A stretch of 64,000 nt of DNA. Source: Schizosaccharomyces osmophilus. Its lineage: Eukaryota. Shown here one piece after another: positions 56,166 to 64,000 of the stretch (position 1 is its first letter; the number at the start of each line of letters is the position of its first letter). The position numbers and the translations under genes were made by a program. The DNA is taken from assembly GCF_027921745.1 (NCBI RefSeq), contig NC_079238.1:3720001-3784000 (forward strand). The letters are read 5' to 3'. Below the pieces are notes generated by a model. It did no database searches, had not been told where the DNA came from, and saw only the letters and a program-made list of their open reading frames with translations.

Positions 56166-56713
56166 ACTAAAAAAAGAGGTAAGAGAGAACTGTTCAAACT
56201 TTTCGTGGACGCGAGAAAAGAACTATTTTAGGTGGGCTTGCATTGCACAAATCGCTTTAGTGAGCTACGTTACAATTTTGAAGCTTGATGAAATTATTGT
56301 TTTGTGATTTGCATAATACGATATCAAGATGCAGGGTACGAGGAACAAGAGTTTGAAAACTCAAAATTCGATAGATTTATTGTTGAAGAAGTTTTAACAT
56401 ATAGTAAGTTATAATGGAAATAATATCTGTATTGGGTGTCCAATGGGGAAAGCATCCAAATTCATGAACCAATACTTATTGTAGAGTCGTCAAGAGTCAT
56501 TGATGAAGAGCTAGCTTTTCATGTTGGAGACAGGGTCCATAGAAAAGAAACAGGATATTTCAGGCAATTTAAAAATGTGAATGGAGAAAAATAATCGGAT
56601 TTGAGAGAAAAGTATGTGCATAACGAGTTTCATCAATTCCCTCAACATACTGAAGGAAACAAACGGAAAGGAGCTTTGGATTAATATGTTTCAATTTCAT
56701 AAACCTATCCTTT

Positions 56714-57433
56714 TTAACGTCCAAAGAAAGATAAAGCATGATTGGAGTTCCTTGGAAATGGCTCAAGACCGATACGGATAAAATGTAAGAACTCGTCTAT
56801 GGACATACCATTATGTCGACAAACCTTCCACAAACTGGACGTTTGCTCCACAATTAAGCTGTCAAGGCCGAGACGATCGTACTTTGGGTTCCGTCTCTGT
56901 TCAGGCAACGCGTGTGAACCACTGTCTATTTCATTTTCCAAAGGCTGGTCCACATCATAGCGATCCCAATACGCCTTTTCTTCAAGCCTTGTAGGAGAAA
57001 TAGTGTTTTTTTCTGCTTGATGATTTGTGATCATACCTTGGATAGCATCTTGTCGCTGTTTTTGCTTTTGTTTCTCATCCACATCATAAATGCCATTGAA
57101 TTTTAAGGAACAATCACTTTTAAAGTAATAAACTTCAAATTCGTATTTTTCTGTTCGAAAGATGAAGGAATCAATTCCTTCTTCTGGATGTTCTTTTCTC
57201 ACAAAAAGGGCTAATTGTGGGCTAAAACGCTCTAAATAAAGCTTCAACTTTTTCGACTCTTCTTCATTGACAATGTCTTTATTTAAAAGCAGTGCTTCGT
57301 AGAACCTTTCGGAAGGTACCAAAAACTTGGTTCGAAGTTGTAAAATAGGTGTTACAGTACCTTCCAATTGCTTTTTATCCTTTAGGGGAAAGATCCCTAA
57401 ACAAGTCAATTCATCACGTCGGTTGACATTCAT
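56714..57433 (-). CDS. Conserved hypothetical protein (syntenic with S. pombe mug35)
   Basis: 239-aa ATG ORF with EEKAYWDRYD. Identity rests mainly on recalled synteny. Confidence 0.6.
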   Translation of the reverse strand: MNVNRRDELTCLGIFPLKDKKQLEGTVTPILQLRTKFLVPSERFYEALLLNKDIVNEEESKKLKLYLERFSPQLALFVRKEHPEEGIDSFIFRTEKYEFEVYYFKSDCSLKFNGIYDVDEKQKQKQRQDAIQGMITNHQAEKNTISPTRLEEKAYWDRYDVDQPLENEIDSGSHALPEQRRNPKYDRLGLDSLIVEQTSSLWKVCRHNGMSIDEFLHFIRIGLEPFPRNSNHALSFFGR

Positions 57434-58519
57434 TTTCGTAGAAGGAAGCAGATTTCAAACCGTTCTTGATTTCAAACTGATGCAGCTGAGTTGGAAGAAT
57501 CCAACGAAGAATTCGTCCGGTTTATATGCATACGTGGTGGAGTGACATGTAAGTATCAATACGTAAGGGGTACTGCAAGGTCCTGCTACATAATGATTCC
57601 TTTTTCATAAAAGAAGCAATTTTCAATAAAGTAAGAAAAAAAAATACAAGAGCATACGATTTTCAGGGAAAGCGCTAAGGAAATCGGTTGATATAGATGA
57701 GATTCATGGTCCTTGTTTACTAATGAACATATCTTTAAAACGGTAAATGGAATAATGTAAATCACTAGACTTCCCAAATAAACAGAGGAACGCGACTGTA
57801 TTTTGCATGGGAAAATCGAGGAAATAATAAAAAGATGACAAATCCTTAGAAAAGCACTCTTTTCTATTTGATAAAAAAAAATTTGAATCTTTATTTGTTT
57901 CTCGGTTTGGCAACGAGTTGTGTTTAAGGATTTGTATAAGAAGGATAGAACATTGCAAAAACTTTATCAGTAAGAATTCACCTATTGCACTTGAATCTTT
58001 TCACTTTTTTTCCTTTCTTATTTACAGCCATGCTTGCTTTCCGAGAATACAAAACAAAAATCTGTATATGTTTTTGTTGACTACTGCAACTATATCTTTC
58101 TCCTTTTAGTGTCCAATTTAAACATTGCGAGTATGTTCTCTATCGCTATCCTAGAAACCAGGCTCCAGGTGAATTATTCCTTGCAGCAGCAGTAGCAGCA
58201 GCGACGTTATAAACCGACAAAAAACGCACAGTGAACGAGAGCAATCTACTTTGCTTTTGAATATATTTGCCTTTCATTTTTGCTGTTTTTAGACGTTGCA
58301 TGCTTCGTAGCATTCAGGTCTAACTTTACCATTTTGATAAAAGAAAGGATATTCACACTCCCTTTAGAAAAGCCAAGTTCCTTACTGGATTCTTTGAATA
58401 GACTTGTTTCTGAAAAGAAAAACTCTGTCTTTGTTTCTGCTTCACTTACGCAGTTCCTAGATATTATACTTTACTTTGGAAAGAAAACAAAAACCTTTTG
58501 ATTATCTTTATTTCTCATC

Positions 58520-59645
58520 ATGTCCACTATTCAGAGAACGTTACGATTAGTTACTGATCAGGTAGGTAGCTTTCTACGATTGGGTTCATCCATGGTTTAA
58601 AAAGGGTAGAGGAGGCTGCAAAAATTGAAATTGCTTTTTGGAATAACGTGCTCTCTCCCTTCTCTACAAATATCTCTTCTTACTAACCTTCATTTATAGC
58701 ATATTTTGCCTGGAGGGGAAGCTGCTGTCCTAAATGATCAAAGCTATGCTATGCGAGAATGGGCTATCAAGCTTGTTTGCCTAGACGCTCAGCAAGAAGA
58801 AGTAGATGCAAGTTTTATTGATCGTGTAACTTATAAATTACATCCTACGTTTCAGAATCCCACAAGGAGTATGTTTTCTGAAATCAACACCATCGCTTGA
58901 TTTTTTCTATATGTGACAATGAATGGATTACTAACATTTGCTTTAGCTGTTCGTAAGCCTCCTTATATGATTCGAGAACAAGGTTGGGGTGAATTCGAAA
59001 TGGAAATCATCATCTATTATGCGGACAAAGGTGGTGAATACCGCTTTTCTCACTACTTGCACTTCCAACAAGAGCATTATCACGAAGACATTGATTTGGT
59101 ATTTTTTATTTTTTTATTTTCTTACTTTTTAGTTTTTACGATCTTGTTTCACTAACTCCTTTTTTAGACAATTACTGCTGGTCGGCCAGGCTTGCTGAAA
59201 GCTTTATCCCTCACAGGCCCCGTTCCTGGTTATTCACCCGAGGCCGAAGAAATAAGAAAGGACAAGCGAAAACCTGAAGTCGATGCCGGTGCTGCAAAGA
59301 AAAAAACAAAGGCAAAACCTGTATGATGCGATGCTTCTTTCCATCTCTTTATCTTTTTTTTGTGTCTAACCCAATTCTTTAGGTGGATATGGAAAAGCTG
59401 GCTGATGGCCTTCAAAAATTACAAGAAGATGACCTTTTACAAGTTGTACAAATGGTAAATGAAAACAAGACTCCAGACATGTACGTTCGTAACGATATTG
59501 AAGGTATGTTTTACGAATAGTTATTTCCTTTTCTTTCACTAACTTTACCTTTACAGGAGGTGAATTCCACATTGACCTTTATACTCTTCCCGATAATTTG
59601 CTTCTTTTATTATACAGCTTCTGTGCGAAACGCGTTACTATGTAA
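58520..59645 (+). CDS. tfg3: YEATS-domain protein Tfg3/Taf14, multi-exon
   Basis: Exons encode VTYKLHPTFQNP, EQGWGEFEM and VDMEKLADGLQKLQEDDLLQVVQMV. Confidence 0.9.
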
Positions 59646-60015
59646 TGAAAGTGAAGCGACTCCGTGGTTCTTCTTCGGCTTTCACTTAATAAATTAATGA
59701 CAAATCATTTCTTTGATAATGCATTTTGTGTTTATAAAAATTTCGATGGATTTTGATTCTACTACTACCAACATTTCTTGACTACATGTAGATGATACTC
59801 ATTTTTGCCACTAGCAACGTAATTTGGACACTAGATCAAAAGAAAAAAAACTTACAGTAAAAAGTTCATATAAATTAAGATATTTTATGTATTTTTAAGA
59901 GGTTGTATTTCGGGGAAATTTTCTATCATGATTTGCAGTATTCTATAAATTCGATATCAATCGATCCTGTCAAAAGCACACTACCTTCGAGGCCTGGAAA
60001 ATATAGAGAAGAAAA

Positions 60016-60873
60016 ATGACCTTTAAACCTGTACAACTAGCTTTCGAAAAGTTTTCTGCTGCTGCCCCAAAGAAGCCCCCAGTTCTCATCCTCCACGGAC
60101 TACTGGGATCCAGAAAAAATTGGAAATCCTTGTCAAGCCACTTTGTTTCTAAACTAGACAGAGATGTGTACAACATCGATCAAAGATGCCATGGAGAATC
60201 ACCTGGCGTTGGCCCTCTGTCGTACCAATCTTTAGCTTTCGATACTCATAATTTCATGAAATCACAAGGCATTGAAAAGGCTTCTATCATCGGTCACTCT
60301 ATGTAAGTTCAATTTAAAGCTCATTATGAATTAATATACTAACTTCTGTTTAGGGGAGGAAAAACTGCCATGGCAACTGCCTTGTTATACCCAGAGACGG
60401 TTGAAAAACTAGTCGTCGCCGATAATTCCCCTATATTTACCCAGCTTCCTGAAAAAACCAAAGTTTATATAAAGGCTTTGATGCGTATTGATGAAGCGAA
60501 CGTAAAAAGACAAAGCAGTGCAGACAGCATGCTAAAGGAAGTCGAGAAGGAGACTTTAGTCCGAGCATTCCTACTCTCTAATTTAAGAAAAAGCCCCGAG
60601 AATGTTTTCAAATCCCAGATCCCTCTTGAAATTATCTACAATTCTCTCCCTGATTTAGCAGGATTCTCCGTGAACGAACGCCATGCTGATCAATATACGG
60701 GACCGACGTTGGTTATTAAAGCCAAACACAGTACCTTTGTACCGGACGAAGCTTTACCCGTGTTCAGAAAGATGTTTCCAAATTATAGAATGGAAACCTT
60801 GGATTGTGGTCATTGGGTTCACTATGAAAAAGCCCAAGAATTTACCGGACATGTAGTAGAATTTTTAAAGTAA
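60016..60873 (+). CDS. Alpha/beta hydrolase (ABHD11/Eat1-like); intron 60303-60353
   Basis: LHGLLGS, DQRCHGES, spliced GHSMGG nucleophile elbow and GHWVH. Confidence 0.88.
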
Positions 60874-61163
60874 AATATGCCCACTATACATTAGACAAAC
60901 CTCCACAAATTGGTCGTACATATTTAACTCTCCTCTCAAATTAAATAGAATATTTATATATACAGAATTTTGGTTGCTGGATAGAAGACACAAATATTAC
61001 AGAAATGTAAAATTCTTAGTTGAATATACAAATACATCTTACGATCATTTTTTCTCTACCTTACATTTTACAAAACTCAGGGAATTCTATAATAGACGCT
61101 CTTTTCATTAGCTCTTCTATAAAAATTTCAACTTGCAGCCCCAATGATTTCAATAGGATATGT

Positions 61164-61925
61164 TTATACAGTCTCCAAAGGAGTGACATCCTTGGTAACC
61201 TTAGTGCCAACATCTTGTCCTTCACCGCCGTGAAGTTCAAGAAGTCTTTGAGCATCGTGCTTAGGAGCCTTGAGGATCTTGACCTTGCGGACAAGTACGT
61301 TTTGGAGAGGGAAGATACCATTAGTAGCCTTCTCAATCTCACGACCAACAACCTCAGGGATGAGCTTTTGGACAAGCTCTCTCATGGAGCAAGAGGTGGT
61401 TTGGTTTTGGATGACTTGGAACATCTTTTGGCGAATAGCGCGGATTTGAGAAGTTTGAGCATAGGTGGCCTTCTTGACTTGGTTGGCACGACGACGAGTG
61501 AAACCGACAACGAAAACACGGCAAAGGTAGCCGTCAGTAGTCTTGATGGTTTGGTCGGCCTCAATGGTGGTTTGCCATTTGCGAACAAGAGAACGCAACT
61601 TGTCGGAAGTGATGCTCAAACCGTTGAAGCTGGTAAGACAATTCTTACCTTGAATGTCTTCGACACGGAGCTTAACCTTGCGGAATGCGTGTTCCTCATC
61701 CTTTTGCAAGTCTGCAAGGGAAACTTCAAGGATACGTCCCTTAAGGGCGTCATTGGCGTTCTTAAGACCGGCAGTGCGGTTGACAAGAGTCTTTCCAACG
61801 TTCTTGACCTCGAAGAAGGAAGGAGCCTTAATGTCGTACCAGTCCTTACGAGCGAAGGGGTCAACGGCACGCTTCTTAATTCCCTTCTTGCCTTTGGAGA
61901 GTCTCTTGTTTTTTCCAACAGCCAT
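61164..61925 (-). CDS. rps102: 40S ribosomal protein S1/S3a (eS1)
   Basis: [15 protein letters not shown]... from ATG 61925. Paralog number from recalled synteny. Confidence 0.95.
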   Translation of the reverse strand: MAVGKNKRLSKGKKGIKKRAVDPFARKDWYDIKAPSFFEVKNVGKTLVNRTAGLKNANDALKGRILEVSLADLQKDEEHAFRKVKLRVEDIQGKNCLTSFNGLSITSDKLRSLVRKWQTTIEADQTIKTTDGYLCRVFVVGFTRRRANQVKKATYAQTSQIRAIRQKMFQVIQNQTTSCSMRELVQKLIPEVVGREIEKATNGIFPLQNVLVRKVKILKAPKHDAQRLLELHGGEGQDVGTKVTKDVTPLETV

Positions 61926-61974
61926 TGTGGAGAAGTTTGGTTTCCTAAAATTTGGCAATTGTCAAAGTGTTCTA

Positions 61975-62005
61975 TGTGACTGTCTGATTTTGTATAGGGT
62001 AGGGT
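61975..62005 (-). promoter_or_regulatory. Homol D (TGTGACTG, 61975-61982) and Homol E (AGGGTAGGGT, 61996-62005) boxes
   Basis: Exact matches 50-80 nt upstream of the rps1 ATG. Confidence 0.88.
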
Positions 62006-62277
62006 TGTCTGGCGAAACTCTACACTTTTGTCAGCGTAATATTTGTTACCGCAGCATTTTGTTACTTTCTCTTAATGTTTGATGTGGATAAAATCATGGT
62101 AGGATTCATATTTAAGAACAATGGTTTGAAAACTTAAATAATTTATTAACATTCGAATGCGTACAGTAAAAAGGTTGGTATTTATTCATTCTTTAATACA
62201 TATTTGAAGATTTAATGTCGATTCCTACTATATATACTAGATGCGTATGCTAAGAATGTATTATAAGTGTATAACAC

Positions 62278-62672
62278 TGTCATAACTGGTATACGATATT
62301 ACTAATATCTTGATACAATAAATGTATTGTATTATCAAATACGTTATTACAAAACTAAATGTTCATTTTTGCGATTGAAAATTTTATAAATCTAGAACTA
62401 AGGTTATATAGAAGCTGACTAATCCTAGAAAGATATATATACCTCTAATGGAAAGCTCAAATCTTCAGATTGGAAGATTTGACTGATCTAGCTAAATAAA
62501 ATTGTTCATACAACTTACTTAGTGAATCAGATCCCTGGAAGCTGTTACTATTCTTCTATAGTACAAAAGTATCCAATTTAAAAGTCAAACATACAATTTT
62601 ATGAATTGTTATTACTTACATCTTTTCCACTGAATACTTATTCTCATAACAAGTGAGATTCGTCCTGTGACA
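62278..62672 (+). mobile_element. Solo LTR of a Tf-like (Ty3/gypsy) retrotransposon, 395 bp
   Basis: Starts TGTCATA and ends TGTGACA (6/7 inverted termini). Flanked by direct AACAC (62273-62277 and 62673-62677). Internal TATATATA, a 10-bp hairpin and AATAAA occur in that order. Confidence 0.8.
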
Positions 62673-62972
62673 AACACAAGGAGTTTCATATTCCATAATG
62701 CCATTGTACGTTCTAACTTTTCATTTTCGTAGAGTGAGAGTAAATTGGTCAATCGACCTGTAATTATATACAGTAAAGCATATCATAGGAGTATTTTTTA
62801 ATGTTGCAAATATTTAAGTTATTCTCATATCATGAATCATTTAAGATCCTTCAATTGTTATTATCATTAAATTTGTTTATAAAACGAGGAATTAAGATGT
62901 TCCATAATTCCCCAAACAATTAGTATCATTAGCTGAACATTGTAAATAATATACAGATCCTTAAGGGATGTT

Positions 62973-64000
62973 TTAAACAGAGTGAGCAGGACTTCCAGGA
63001 CGAAGAATAGATGATGCACGACTAGCTGGCATCAACAAAGGCTCTCTTTCTGACGCCCACATTTTCTGTTGGTAAATTTTGTAAGTTTTGTAACCACTAC
63101 TACTAAACACAGCAGCAGTAAAGAATCCAAGCAGAGAAACTCCAAAAGTTTTCCAGCTCGCGTCTCGCCTTGTAGGGATTGGAGATCGCACAAAGTAGAC
63201 ATGGCCGCAACTAGAGAAACCGCTTTCTTCTATATGTACCCACGGTCCATTATCAACTGACAAAAGAGAGTCATGGATAACGAACGACTTCTTCCCAGTA
63301 TCAATGATGTGTCGGTCGGCGAAAGAAAAGTCCTTTGTTTTTAAATCCGAGGCGGATAAAGGAGGAACCACAATGAACAATCCCTGGTCCAGCATGTCAG
63401 ATAGTCCTTGTTTTTCAAGCAAGCTTAAAAATTCTTGTCTTCCTCCAGCAATAATCATGCTGCGTTGCGATATAGGGAAAGGAACGACTAATCTGCTCAA
63501 GATGTGAACGACACCTTCTTGGACCAACATGTCACGCGTTTGCACATCGTACGGAAGACCATTTATATATATTATATCGGTATTCTCAGCCTCACTTTCA
63601 ATCATAATACTTTTACCAGATATGGTCGTATAATTACCAGAAGTCCAAGAATCCTCACTTGACCCGAAATAATGTTTTCCCTGAAAAACGTACTCAAGAA
63701 ACAGATTTTGCATCATTTCCATATTATTCTCTAATGCTTTTCGTACAAGCCCCAGCTTCATCCAAGCATCATTTTCAACCAAAAACCAAGTACTATTGGG
63801 ATCCTCTCCAAGACCGAGCGCAGCTAGATATCGTACACTCATAGAAATTTCATCCAATAAAATGAGTTGGGAGAGCAAAGGTCTTGGGGGCTCAATGTCT
63901 TTTTCAATAAGAAACAAACTTACGTTGCCGATCGTCTCCCGATCAATAGAATGCGAGTCGAAATTAACGTATAATGCTCCCGTCGTATCTGTAGCAACTC
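62973..64000 (-). CDS. fsc1: Fasciclin-domain membrane protein Fsc1 (3' part; continues beyond the window, intron near 63920)
   Basis: FAS1-like YINGLP..DMLVQEGVVHILSRLV, C-terminal TM and EREPLL dileucine sorting motif. Confidence 0.75.
   Translation of the reverse strand, partial: VATDTTGALYVNFDSHSIDRETIGNVSLFLIEKDIEPPRPLLSQLILLDEISMSVRYLAALGLGEDPNSTWFLVENDAWMKLGLVRKALENNMEMMQNLFLEYVFQGKHYFGSSEDSWTSGNYTTISGKSIMIESEAENTDIIYINGLPYDVQTRDMLVQEGVVHILSRLVVPFPISQRSMIIAGGRQEFLSLLEKQGLSDMLDQGLFIVVPPLSASDLKTKDFSFADRHIIDTGKKSFVIHDSLLSVDNGPWVHIEESGFSSCGHVYFVRSPIPTRRDASWKTFGVSLLGFFTAAVFSSSGYKTYKIYQQKMWASEREPLLMPASRASSILRPGSPAHSV

Noticed and set aside
61020..61979. 319-aa plus-strand ORF antisense to rps1
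   Set aside because: It starts at a non-ATG codon and mirrors a highly codon-biased ribosomal protein gene. Such antisense ORFs are a known by-product of codon bias.

Overview
Eukaryotic, intron-containing, AT-rich fission-yeast DNA. It is Schizosaccharomyces but not S. pombe; the S. octosporus/osmophilus/cryophilus group is inferred from the 5-exon, 5S-associated wtf gene. Most of the window is a conserved gene run that, from recalled systematic IDs, matches S. pombe chromosome I: taf1, tgs1, wss1, SDR, Ca2+/H+ exchanger, rps8, rpb2, the sib1/sib2 ferrichrome pair, ies4, rax1, nop58, snf30, ubp7, taf4, ssr3, rpn6, Nma111-like protease, mug35-like, tfg3, alpha/beta hydrolase, rps1, fsc1. The outstanding feature is a ~4.1 kb accessory island between nop58 and snf30. 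Three same-orientation 5S rDNA copies (degenerate, intact, heavily degenerate) bracket (i) an apparently intact 5-exon wtf poison-antidote meiotic-driver gene and (ii) an intronless coiled-coil gene with a Mug135/DUF1773-like C-terminus (mug2/meu23/tdk1 family). These are two candidate killer meiotic drivers of unrelated families in tandem 5S-flanked cassettes. A 395-bp solo LTR with a 5-bp target-site duplication lies upstream of rps1, and a 50-bp fragment homologous to it lies just downstream of the wtf gene. Gene names come from recognising the translated proteins; no database searches were run.
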